A stretch of 64,000 bases of DNA from Octopus vulgaris (lineage: Eukaryota), in contig OX597817.1 of the NCBI GenBank assembly GCA_951406725.2, positions 113,460,001 through 113,524,000 on the forward strand. Reading direction: 5' to 3'. Positions 1 through 13,081 of this stretch are shown here, in pieces. The translations under genes and the position numbers were made by a program. How positions within the stretch are numbered: position 1 is the stretch's first letter; each line of letters opens with the position of its first letter. The notes under the pieces are model-generated. The model ran no database searches. It worked only from the letters and a program-made list of their open reading frames with translations, and was not told the DNA's origin.

Positions 1-732
1 ATTCCACCTTTGACTATCTAGTCATTTATTTAGATATAGAATATCTTGGACTAAATGTTTTTCTTTTCATGCAGAACAATAGGTTATGATTTGAAGAAGA
101 TTTAGCTGCTATTTTCCCTTCATTGGAACCAAATTTATATAGGTACCACATGGTAGTATACAAAGTCTGATCAATAAATATCTGGACTGTTGCCATAGTA
201 ACGAAGCTAAAGCATGCAGAGTGAAACTTCTTGTCAAAGTTTGATCTTGAACTCTGCTGTGCATGAGCACTAAGTTTTAACATTGCAGGTCACTTCTGCT
301 GTTTACAGCAATGCTGGGAAGGAAGGTGTGTAGGGCCTGTTTGTCACATTGACCATGACAGAGAAAGTTGTCATGGCAATAGTTCTCTTTTACTTGTAAT
401 AGAATCATTATACAATTGATTAGTGGTTTCTTAGTTTACAACATTGAAGCTTGACTCTTTTTTTGTAGACATAGAGAGAGCAATAAGAAACTATTCCAGT
501 GTGTTATTTATTCCCTTGGAGCACTACAAGAAGACAGTGTTCAATAGTGTCACAAAGTTAGAGGACTAACTATTACCATTGTTGTGTCTGTTGATTTATG
601 GATATTTTAATAATATCCATATTTAATAATGAGATTTTTAACTAAAAAACTGTCTGGTGGTTATCATGTAAAACAGTAAAACACAAAAGTATTAATTATG
701 TATTACATGAAGATTCTTTATCACTATTTCAG

Positions 733-801
733 GCTTGTCTAATGCTGTCACTTGAAAGTGTTTATACTCCGGCTCACCAGTTGGCGCTAGATATGATGAA
801 G
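733..801 (+). CDS. RMC1: RMC1 (C18orf8/Mic1, regulator of MON1-CCZ1) internal coding exon; upstream exons lie outside the window
   Basis: ag|...|gtaag bounded 69-nt exon encoding ACLMLSLESVYTPAHQLALDMMK, matching the recalled RMC1 C-terminal Mic1 region (ACLLLSLESFYPPAHQLSLDMLK). Confidence 0.9.
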
Positions 802-1427
802 GTAAGAATTCTGACTGGATATTCATTCGCATTTTCTTTGATGTGTCTACACACACATGTGTATAAGTATTGCTGCATTCACTATATCCAGCTTTAGCGT
901 CATCTCTAATCATTTGTCATTCTCCTTTCACACCGTTATGAAATTACCCACTCTTTCCTTTCTTCTTGATTCACTGCCTCTATACTCCCTTATACTTACC
1001 TTCATGTACCTTGAAAGTGGCACCCTGTCACCACCATCTTTATCTCTCTTCAGCTACTCTCACCCCACTTTATAATGTGGATTAGCCATGTATCTCCTCT
1101 ATAGCAAAGCACTTCTACTTGTCACTATATCATATTTTAGCCTTCAATACCTGGCATAAAGCCACCTCCCTTTTTCCTAAATACACTCCACTCAGTTGAG
1201 GGGGCTTTTTCTTTTCCTTTGTTTTCTTTCTCTTGCAATTTGCTTGGCAAACTCATTAGTGCAAGTGTTACAAAAATAAACACCCATTACACATGGTAAA
1301 ATGGATGACATCCAGCCATAGAAACCATTCCAAAGCAGACACTAAGACCAGACATAGTTCATTGGATCTTGTCAAACCGTCAACATGAAATATTGAGATT
1401 TAATGATGATGGTGATGATGTATATAT

Positions 1428-1804
1428 ACTCTTTTACTTGTTTCGGTCATTTGACTGCGGCCATGCTGGAGCATATCGACCCCTAGACTTATTCTTTGTA
1501 AGCCCAGTACTTATGCTGTCGGTCTATTTTGCTGAACCGCTAAGTGACGGCGACGTAAACACACCAGCATCGGTTGTCAAGCAATGGTAGGGGGACAAAC
1601 ACAGACACACAAACATACACACACATATATATACATATATACGACGGGCTTCTTTCAGTTTCTGTCTACCAAATCCACTCACAAGGCTTTGGTCGGCCCA
1701 ATGCTATAGTAGAAGACAATTGATCAAGATGCCACGCAGTGGGACTGAACCCGGAACCATGTGGTTGGTAAGCAAGCTACTTACCACACAGCCACTCCTG
1801 CGCC
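1428..1804 (-). mobile_element. tRNA-derived SINE, near full length
   Basis: Reverse complement begins GGCGCAGGAGTGGCTGTGTGGTAAG (A box), then GGTTCAGTCCC (B box), with an internal (TA)n/(TG)n tract; related copies at 18566, 40885 and 41940. Confidence 0.85.
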
Positions 1805-2454
1805 TATATATATATATATATATGTATATGTAAGAAATGAAAAAAGGAAAATACGCACACTTACATAGTTTTAATATAATTTTTAATATATCGACCCGTT
1901 TAGCTATCGCTTTTCATGATATCATGTTTTACTTATTTGAATATATATTTTTTCTTTAGAAGAAATTTTGTTCATGTATTGTGTGATGAAATTCACTTGT
2001 GAATGACTTCACAAGTAGATAAATAAAGGGAGGTAATTGGTTGCCGTTATTATTTAATTGTTGTGGGTAAGGGTGATAACTGTTCAGCTTTCGGTAATGG
2101 GAGGGGAATATATGTGTACAGACAGAGACAAGGTTCAAAAACCTTGTTTAGTGAGGGGATTTATGTACAGTGATGTAATCGTGAATTGAAATATGTAAAA
2201 AGATAAAAGTAAGTTATGTGTGCATTTTAAGACGTGTTTTGTATTTCTCAATGTGTGCACTGCCCTCTATCTTGCTATAAGCCTTTGTTTTATGTTAACA
2301 TAGTGCAATATACTGTTCCCTTGAAGAACTGTTGTATATCTGCATCCAAATGCACTATTAACACCTAATGCAGAAAATATAAAATATAAATAGCCACAAT
2401 GGTGAAACATATGTAGAGAACAAATGGTATAACCTGCATGTCTTATTTTTCATC

Positions 2455-2670
2455 ATCATTATCATTTAATGTCCATTGTCCATGCTGGAATTGGTTGGAT
2501 GGTTCGACCTGGGCTGATAAGCTGAGGGGCTGCACCAGACTTCAGTCTGATTTGGCATGGTTTCTATGGCTGGATGCCCTTCCAAACACCAACCACTTTG
2601 AGAGCGTAATGAGTGCTTTTACATGCCATCAGCACGGGTGCTAGTTGCATGACACCAGTATCTGCCACAA
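2455..2670. repeat. Dispersed repeat (LINE 3'-end or SINE-like family)
   Basis: Motif tttaatgtcc..ccatgctgg..ggatgcccttcc..accaacc recurs at ~18117, 20505, 41755, 49585 and 51850. Confidence 0.6.
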
Positions 2671-3049
2671 CTATGATTTCAATATATATGATTTTCATAA
2701 ATATATATATAAATGGGATGGTAGCTCTATGCTACCATCCCATTTATATTCTGATCCCCATTCCTTGTGAGTATGCCCTGGCACTTCACCACTATCTCTC
2801 TCGCTCTTTGTATTGCTCTCTCCTTCTGACTGGGTAACCATATATCTCCTTTACAACAACACACCCATTTCTCTCCTCGGTTTTAATAGCTCACTCTGAC
2901 CAGGTAACTATGCATCTCCTCTACAGCAAGACATCTGTTTTTGTCTCTCTCAGACTCTAACCTTTCATCACCTCCAATGCCCCCTCCCCTCTAAAAGAAT
3001 CTTTGTCTTACAAAGAAACTGAAACTGAAAGAAGCCCATCGTATATATG

Positions 3050-3095
<46 letters not shown>

Positions 3096-3459
3096 AAATG
3101 AGATAGGGGTTGAAAATTCAACCCACCATGGGATAATATATATCCAATATACTGCTAGATAGGTACCCAACAAAAATAATACATAGATGTTAAAAATTGT
3201 CAAGCAATCAGTTCATCTATTGTATTAAATGGGTAAAGGTAATAATATTACCGTAAATTAATACTACAAAATTAGAGAATGGAGAAACATACTTAAATCA
3301 GTAAAACATCAACTATCCGATGATACTCAATCCATACTTTAATACACCATTACATATGAGTAAAGGCAATATATAAAATGAAATGAGATATACAGTAATA
3401 GTAAAAGTAAAAAGATAAAGAGATATAAGTAAAAAATTTCAAATATAATATGCAAATAA

Positions 3460-3580
3460 ATCAAAACTGACAGCTGTTTCGGCAGTGAGGACAGTCATAC
3501 CTCATTTAACCTATAAGCCATAAAGGCAGGTATAAATGAGGCATTAACAAGGATGCCCCACGGCCTCTTCAGAGAATTAA
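3460..3580 (-). ncRNA. Hammerhead ribozyme (type I, long stem II), copy 1
   Basis: Reverse complement of the motif at 9611-9730. Confidence 0.8.
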
Positions 3581-3906
3581 ATTAAATTTGTTATAATAGT
3601 GAAAAATATTATATAATCATATACATATAAATATAAAAATGTAAAATATAAAAACTTATACATCATAATGCTACACTTATATAATATAATACACATTTGT
3701 ACAAAAAGGAAGGTAAACAGAACAATATAAAACAAAATATATAACAGTGTATATATTAATATTAATAAGTACCGATATTATACATATTTGGCTAATAGTT
3801 TTTTTTAATAAAAAGAGGGCTAACACATATGGAGATGAAAAATAATAATTAAATCCGTGGTACAGTTCATAAAATTCTAAAGCTATAAAAGTTAATAAAA
3901 ATTACT

Positions 3907-3950
<44 letters not shown>

Positions 3951-5696
3951 TAATAATAATAAAAAAATACTAAAAATAGATACCATTAAGTTAGCACCAA
4001 GTCCATCCTTTCAAGATCGAAATAACTATGAGTTAAGAAATGCTGACCACTAGGTAAAGAAAATTTAGATTAATTCGATTGGCTATTGGTTTGAAATTTA
4101 AATCACAAAAGAAAATTATACGGTTGGTTAGTCAAGGAACGCCAATATTCACACACGCATCTACAGATCAATCGCACATACACACATAGTTATATGTATA
4201 TACATACACTTATACACATACATATTAACAAGTAACAACCAGCACTTAGATAAACAAAAAAGGGAAGCAACTATGCTAACATTTAGTCCTTCAAAATTAT
4301 AACTGAGCCTTAATAACAGAAAAAGAACCATCCATGCATTCTATAAAATATTTAATTTAGATATAAATATATTTTTAAATATCAGTATGTTACTAATTCA
4401 GATAATTATTTCATGGGTAACTTAAAATTTATAACACCGGTTTGTTACAGAGTAAACATACGGTTGTTAGGTTTATCGTAAGTTTGTTATGATTTTAAGT
4501 ACGCTAAATTATAAAATATAAAATATAAAATATATATTAATTTAAATATTATAAATAAGTCACTTATTAACTTAATAAAAATAGTGCCATAATATACCAG
4601 TTTAGGCATTAAAGAATAGAAGGGGAAGTATTAATGTAAACGCTTATGAGAACATCACAGAAATTTTAAATAAATTTTATATTATAAAGACTTAAGATGA
4701 AAAGAGATAAAATAAATAAGAAGGAATAAATACGAAGGAATAAATACGGTTGTACACATAATTATAAGTACAAACTAGTATATATGTATTCATATATTAT
4801 TAAAATTAAATACAAATAAATGATAGATATGTATGTATAAAACTACACCAGTATAAGTAAATAAGTAAAAAATAAATAGGTAACAAATTAGATGACTTGA
4901 TATGTATGTAAACATCTACACTTAAATAGGCAAATAAATAAATGAATAGAGGACTAGATGCAAAGATTGATAATATTACAATAAAATGGGAAATAAATAA
5001 AAATAAATAAAGTGAATATATATATTTTATATATATTTTATATTGTTGAAAGTAAAAATGTATGGAAGGATAGTTTAAAGTACAGATCCAGAGGACTATA
5101 GATATAAACTAAATATATGAGGCTGGTAATAATTATAAAGCAAAATGCATGTAAATGAGAAAATGAAAAAAGAAAAATGAAAAAGGTTTATCAGTGAATA
5201 GCATAAGATACAAATTAAGGTGAGTACAAAAAGACCAAATATATAATAAAAACCTTCCAAATAAACACATACAAAAAACCTATAATCTCAACCTAAACCC
5301 ACCAAACTCATAAAAGGCTCTCATATATTACATATTATACAATATCATTACATTATCTAGAGCTAGGTATCTAACCAAGATATACATATATACTATGCAA
5401 TATACTATGCAATATTGGAAAACTTCAAAAATCACACATTACAAGGCAAATACCAAAATGAATATGCTATTTTATGTCATATTGCGTTTCTCTTAAAAAA
5501 ACAAACAAAAACCCACATACAAAAATCAAGGAACCAATAATACTAGACACATCCATTAATTATTATACAAATGTAGCTATAAAAATTATAAAATTATGAA
5601 ATTTATAAATTGTATACTTTAGAATTATAGAGGACCACAGGTATATTTAGTTAAAGAAGGGAATTAAAAAATTAATAATAGTGGAAGTGCTAAGTT

Positions 5697-7492
5697 CTAT
5701 TTGAATCTAGAAAAGGTGAACGGTAGCCTATGAATACAAAAGAAGTTTTTCTCATTAATGTTGTTAATAATTTGCCGACCCGCTTTAATAATGAAGAAAA
5801 TTTCATTAATACATAGAGAGCATTTTTTATTTTTTCCATTATACACAGGTGCTGAAGTTAGTATTTTCCAGTTTAATCTAAAATCTAAGTTCTTACTTTT
5901 AAGTTCCCAAATGTATGCACTTAGCCCTGTAGAGTACATTCTATTTTTATTCCTAAAAGTATATCTGTGATAATTCCATCTTTGTTTTATGCTATTCATA
6001 GTTGCACCGATATACACCCTACTACTCAATTGTGTATCTACAGTGCATTGGTAAACTACCTCCTTCCTGAGGCATTGATTACCAAATACACATTTATTTT
6101 TATTTCTGCAATTACAAAGATTAACAGAATGAGGAAATCTAAGATTGGACACCACCCCTATACTACTATTCACATTATAAGTGTTACAATTGTTATCATC
6201 ATCCAAACCCAAAATCAACGAATGAGTTAATTTCACATTATCGGCTATATTTCTATCACTAGTACTAGTATTGGTAGTAGTAGTATGATCTATTACATTT
6301 ATATTATCTCTGACAGGTATGGTGTACTCATTATTAGTAAGGAGGTTGTTCCCATTTGTTCCAAGAAAATTTCTATTCCTATTATTAATGAAGAGGGGCA
6401 AGTTATCCTGGTCTAAATTCAATTTTCTATCCTTATAGAAGTGATCCAGTTTCTTGTTATTAAAAGAGGAGATAATGGTGGCTAGATTATGAGTAATGCT
6501 ATATCCCACTCTAACAGTACCGTTGTTAATTAAAGGACTAAATTTATTCATATCCTTACCAAAATGCCTAAAAATAACATTATGCAAAGCTCTCACTATG
6601 TTTGTTTTAATCTGCATTGCATACGGGATAATCAACCAAAGAGTATCCTTATCAGAATTAGGATTGCCTATAGAATTAATGTTATTTGTGAAAATCCTAT
6701 TCGTAGACCAACTCATAGGATTACTATTCTTACCACTGTTATTATTATATCTATCTATATCAATATTACCATGGTTATTGCGCAAGTAAACTTTACCATT
6801 ATCATGTCTACCATAAGTTTTAATTCGTATATTATTATTAATATTACTACTATTACCCGTATGCTTAGATCTATTTGAGCTACCATTCACCTTTCCAAGG
6901 TTAACGTCACTTCCACATTTATTATAGGTGTTATCATATATTCTATTTTTACTATTCTTATGTATATTGTTGATTATCCTAAATCTATTTGTGTTGTTCC
7001 TGATAGTTCTACCTCCATTAGGGGGTTCCCCTTAGGTATAAACCAAATCTTACTTTTATATCCTGCCTTAAGTAATGCTGCATTGTATCTATCACAGTGT
7101 TTGTTAAAAATTTCCTCGTTTGAGGATAAACTAGAAATTCTCTGACTAATGCTACGCACTAGTGCATTTTTAATTTGGGGGGGTGATTACTAGAACGGTT
7201 AATGTATATTAGGTTAGAATTAGGTTTAATATAGGGTTCATGTAAACCATTAGTAATGTTACAATTAACATCTAAATAATTAGCAGAATAATTTTCACTT
7301 TCAATGATAATGGATAGGCCGAAGCTTTTAAAAAATTTATTTATTCTTTTTTTCAGAAGATCTAATCTCCTATTTGATGTATTCCTAACACAAAATAAGG
7401 CGTCATCCCTGTATAATCCACCTTTTAATTCAGGGAATTCCCTACTAAAGTTATCTAATAGATACATCCCAACTAGATCAGTCACCTCCGCT
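5697..7492 (-). pseudogene. 5'-truncated inverted copy of the Penelope-like ORF (RT C-terminal half + GIY-YIG)
   Basis: ORFs 7159-7485, 6974-7159 and 5697-6890 translate identically to the + strand ORFs at 11293-13081. Confidence 0.93.
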
Positions 7493-9232
7493 TTCCACTA
7501 TTATTAATTTTTTAATTCCCTTCTTTAACTAAATATACCTGTGGTCCTCTATAATTCTAAAGTATACAATTTATAAATTTCATAATTTTATAATTTTTAT
7601 AGCTACATTTGTATAATAATTAATGGATGTGTCTAGTATTATTGGTTCCTTGATTTTTGTATGTGGGTTTTTGTTTGTTTTTTTAAGAGAAACGCAATAT
7701 GACATAAAATAGCATATTCATTTTGGTATTTGCCTTGTAATGTGTGATTTTTGAAGTTTTCCAATATTGCATAGTATATTGCATAGTATATATGTATATC
7801 TTGGTTAGATACCTAGCTCTAGATAATGTAATGATATTGTATAATATGTAATATATGAGAGCCTTTTGTGAGTTTGGTGGGTTTAGGTTGAGATTATAGG
7901 TTTTTTTTTGTATGTGTTTATTTGGAAGGTTTTTATTATATATTTGGTCTTTTTGTACTCACCTTAATTTGTATCTTATGCTATTCACTGATAAACCTTT
8001 TTCATTTTTCTTTTTTTCATTTTCTCATTTACATGCATTTTGCTTTATAATTATTACCAGCCTCATATATTTAGTTTATATCTATAGTCCTCTGGATCTG
8101 TACTTTAAACTATCCTTCCATACATTTTTACTTTCAACAATATAAAATATATATAAAATATATATATTCACTTTATTTATTTTTATTTATTTCCCATTTT
8201 ATTGTAATATTATCAATCTTTGCATCTAGTCCTCTATTCATTTATTTATTTGCCTATTTAAGTGTAGATGTTTACATACATATCAAGTCATCTAATTTGT
8301 TACCTATTTATTTTTTACTTATTTACTTATACTGGTGTAGTTTTATACATACATATCTATCATTTATTTGTATTTAATTTTAATAATATATGAATACATA
8401 TATACTAGTTTGTACTTATAATTATGTGTACAACCGTATTTATTCCTTCGTATTTATTCCTTCTTATTTATTTTATCTCTTTTCATCTTAAGTCTTTATA
8501 ATATAAAATTTATTTAAAATTTCTGTGATGTTCTCATAAGCGTTTACATTAATACTTCCCCTTCTATTCTTTAATGCCTAAACTGGTATATTATGGCACT
8601 ATTTTTATTAAGTTAATAAGTGACTTATTTATAATATTTAAATTAATATATATTTTATATTTTATATTTTATAATTTAGCGTACTTAAAATCATAACAAA
8701 CTTACGATAAACCTAACAACCGTATGTTTACTCTGTAACAAACCGGTGTTATAAATTTTAAGTTACCCATGAAATAATTATCTGAATTAGTAACATACTG
8801 ATATTTAAAAATATATTTATATCTAAATTAAATATTTTATAGAATGCATGGATGGTTCTTTTTCTGTTATTAAGGCTCAGTTATAATTTTGAAGGACTAA
8901 ATGTTAGCATAGTTGCTTCCCTTTTTTGTTTATCTAAGTGCTGGTTGTTACTTGTTAATATGTATGTGTATAAGTGTATGTATATACATATAACTATGTG
9001 TGTATGTGCGATTGATCTGTAGATGCGTGTGTGAATATTGGCGTTCCTTGACTAACCAACCGTATAATTTTCTTTTGTGATTTAAATTTCAAACCAATAG
9101 CCAATCGAATTAATCTAAATTTTCTTTACCTAGTGGTCAGCATTTCTTAACTCATAGTTATTTCGATCTTGAAAGGATGGACTTGGTGCTAACTTAATGG
9201 TATCTATTTTTAGTATTTTTTTATTATTATTA

Positions 9233-9276
<44 letters not shown>

Positions 9277-9610
9277 AGTAATTTTTATTAACTTTTATAG
9301 CTTTAGAATTTTATGAACTGTACCACGGATTTAATTATTATTTTTCATCTCCATATGTGTTAGCCCTCTTTTTATTAAAAAAAACTATTAGCCAAATATG
9401 TATAATATCGGTACTTATTAATATTAATATATACACTGTTATATATTTTGTTTTATATTGTTCTGTTTACCTTCCTTTTTGTACAAATGTGTATTATATT
9501 ATATAAGTGTAGCATTATGATGTATAAGTTTTTATATTTTACATTTTTATATTTTTATATTTATATGTATATGATTATATAATATTTTTCACTATTATAA
9601 CAAATTTAAT

Positions 9611-9730
9611 TTAATTCTCTGAAGAGGCCGTGGGGCATCCTTGTTAATGCCTCATTTATACCTGCCTTTATGGCTTATAGGTTAAATGAGGTATGACTGT
9701 CCTCACTGCCGAAACAGCTGTCAGTTTTGA
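9611..9730 (+). ncRNA. Hammerhead ribozyme (type I, long stem II), copy 2
   Basis: ct-CTGAAGA-GGC[~80-nt hairpin]GCC-GAAAC-AGCT-GTC^ag: intact core, palindromic stem III ACAGCTGT, predicted cleavage after 9722. Confidence 0.85.
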
Positions 9731-10240
9731 TTTATTTGCATATTATATTTGAAATTTTTTACTTATATCTCTTTATCTTTTTACTTTTACTATTACTGTA
9801 TATCTCATTTCATTTTATATATTGCCTTTACTCATATGTAATGGTGTATTAAAGTATGGATTGAGTATCATCGGATAGTTGATGTTTTACTGATTTAAGT
9901 ATGTTTCTCCATTCTCTAATTTTGTAGTATTAATTTACGGTAATATTATTACCTTTACCCATTTAATACAATAGATGAACTGATTGCTTGACAATTTTTA
10001 ACATCTATGTATTATTTTTGTTGGGTACCTATCTAGCAGTATATTGGATATATATTATCCCATGGTGGGTTGAATTTTCAACCCCTATCTCATTTTATAA
10101 CCTAAATTTATCTTTTGAGGAACCTGAATTGCTCATATTGGTGTAATATAAGCATCCATTTATTGATTTAAATATTAATAGTGCATGTGAATACACCCTA
10201 GTGTAGTATATTTGTTCCTTTGATCATTACTGCTAGAAGA

Positions 10241-13081
10241 ATGGAGAAAATACTGATCAATTCATCAATGAAGGATGTACCTATCCCTACCAAAGACCAT
10301 TACACTAAAGAACTAATTTATAGAATGAATGAATTCATCCATAGGATCAGATGGAGGATTTTCCACCATGAGAACTATAATAATAAAATAAACCAACAAC
10401 ACACTGGGGAAACGATCCGTAATGGAATTGGAAGCACCTATGAAGAAATATTAAAACTAACAGGCACTACATTTAAATCTAGAAAGTCTCCTCCACCAAA
10501 TATACATCTAGACAATTTTGAACAAGAACTATGGGAGACTGTAAAAACATAAAATTTAGAAATCATCCTTTAAGATATAACCCGCACCAAAGAGAATTGA
10601 AAGACTTAATTAGAACTCTCAAAGGTAAGAGCGGCATTCTAACACATTCTGACAAAACCAACAACATCTACAACATGGACATTACTGCATATCATGATCT
10701 TCTACACAAGGAAATAACCAAGAAATACAAAGTAGTACCTTCTAGTACACTTAGAAAACTGAACCTGGAGATCAGAGAAATCATATTTGACTACTACCTA
10801 GAAGAAAAAACGGAACCCTACACCCCATCCAGACCGAGAATTACACTAAAGGATCATAAAGAGAATTTTCTTGGAAACACACAGGTCAGATTAATTTGCC
10901 CCACTAAATCTGACTTAGGCAGACTAAGTAAACTCATTCTGGATAAATATCTACCCACCATCCGCAATAAAATCAAACTAAACCTTTGGAAGAATACTCA
11001 GGGTGCTTTGGATTGGTTTTCTACCATTAAGGTCTGTGACAGTAACAACTTTAGCTATAATAGAAATAAATTTATACAATTCGATATACAGAATTATTAC
11101 ACTTCAATTAACCCTATTATATTAAATAAGTCCTTAATTTTTGCTAGAAAACACACTAAACTAAGTATGGGGGAGATTAAGGTTATACTAACAGCCAGGA
11201 AAACTTTAATAGAGTTTGATAATAAACTTTGGGCTAGAAAGGACACACCCAACTTGTTCGATATCACAATGGGATCGCCGGACTCAGCGGAGGTGACTGA
11301 TCTAGTTGGGATGTATCTATTAGATAACTTTAGTAGGGAATTCCCTGAATTAAAAGGTGGATTATACAGGGATGACGCCTTATTTTGTGTTAGGAATACA
11401 TCAAATAGGAGATTAGATCTTCTGAAAAAAAGAATAAATAAATTTTTTAAAAGCTTCGGCCTATCCATTATCATTGAAAGTGAAAATTATTCTGCTAATT
11501 ATTTAGATGTTAATTGTAACATTACTAATGGTTTACATGAACCCTATATTAAACCTAATTCTAACCTAATATACATTAACCGTTCTAGTAATCACCCCCC
11601 CAAATTAAAAATGCACTAGTGCGTAGCATTAGTCAGAGAATTTCTAGTTTATCCTCAAACGAGGAAATTTTTAACAAACACTGTGATAGATACAATGCAG
11701 CATTACTTAAGGCAGGATATAAAAGTAAGATTTGGTTTATACCTAAGGGGAACCCCCTAATGGAGGTAGAACTATCAGGAACAACACAAATAGATTTAGG
11801 ATAATCAACAATATACATAAGAATAGTAAAAATAGAATATATGATAACACCTATAATAAATGTGGAAGTGACGTTAACCTTGGAAAGGTGAATGGTAGCT
11901 CAAATAGATCTAAGCATACGGGTAATAGTAGTAATATTAATAATAATATACGAATTAAAACTTATGGTAGACATGATAATGGTAAAGTTTACTTGCGCAA
12001 TAACCATGGTAATATTGATATAGATAGATATAATAATAACAGTGGTAAGAATAGTAATCCTATGAGTTGGTCTACGAATAGGATTTTCACAAATAACATT
12101 AATTCTATAGGCAATCCTAATTCTGATAAGGATACTCTTTGGTTGATTATCCCGTATGCAATGCAGATTAAAACAAACATAGTGAGAGCTTTGCATAATG
12201 TTATTTTTAGGCATTTTGGTAAGGATATGAATAAATTTAGTCCTTTAATTAACAACGGTACTGTTAGAGTGGGATATAGCATTACTCATAATCTAGCCAC
12301 CATTATCTCCTCTTTTAATAACAAGAAACTGGATCACTTCTATAAGGATAGAAAATTGAATTTAGACCAGGATAACTTGCCCCTCTTCATTAATAATAGG
12401 AATAGAAATTTTCTTGGAACAAATGGGAACAACCTCCTTACTAATAATGAGTACACCATACCTGTCAGAGATAATATAAATGTAATAGATCATACTACTA
12501 CTACCAATACTAGTACTAGTGATAGAAATATAGCCGATAATGTGAAATTAACTCATTCGTTGATTTTGGGTTTGGATGATGATAACAATTGTAACACTTA
12601 TAATGTGAATAGTAGTATAGGGGTGGTGTCCAATCTTAGATTTCCTCATTCTGTTAATCTTTGTAATTGCAGAAATAAAAATAAATGTGTATTTGGTAAT
12701 CAATGCCTCAGGAAGGAGGTAGTTTACCAATGCACTGTAGATACACAATTGAGTAGTAGGGTGTATATCGGTGCAACTATGAATAGCATAAAACAAAGAT
12801 GGAATTATCACAGATATACTTTTAGGAATAAAAATAGAATGTACTCTACAGGGCTAAGTGCATACATTTGGGAACTTAAAAGTAAGAACTTAGATTTTAG
12901 ATTAAACTGGAAAATACTAACTTCAGCACCTGTGTATAATGGAAAAAATAAAAAATGCTCTCTATGTATTAATGAAATTTTCTTCATTATTAAAGCGGGT
13001 CGGCAAATTATTAACAACATTAATGAGAAAAACTTCTTTTGTATTCATAGGCTACCGTTCACCTTTTCTAGATTCAAATAG
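10241..13081 (+). pseudogene. Penelope-like RT/GIY-YIG polyprotein, ~947 aa if three -1 frameshifts are repaired
   Basis: N-terminal SMKDVPIP..RIRWR, SDKT, QFDIQNYY, TMGSPDSAE, LYRDD, YLDV, SNHPP; Cys knuckle CNCxxxxxCxxxxxC; VVY..YIG, R..H, CxxC..E, C-x-H. Split at homopolymers 10543-10547, 11595-11601 and 11747-11757. Confidence 0.92.

Noticed and set aside
1720-1804. tRNA genes (here and at 40885, 55844)
   Set aside because: A/B boxes are followed by SINE body sequence; no complete cloverleaf.
1840-2420. Possible old GIY-YIG/Penelope remnant on the - strand
   Set aside because: Too degenerate to support by eye.
5697-6890. Stand-alone 397-aa endonuclease gene duplicated at 11888-13081
   Set aside because: It is the C-terminal part of the frameshifted retroelement ORF; the start is a GTG within a longer open frame.
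10540-11760. Programmed ribosomal frameshifting in the Penelope-like ORF
   Set aside because: Three shifts inside conserved domains at simple homopolymers are better explained by indels or sequencing error; no stimulatory structure was evident.
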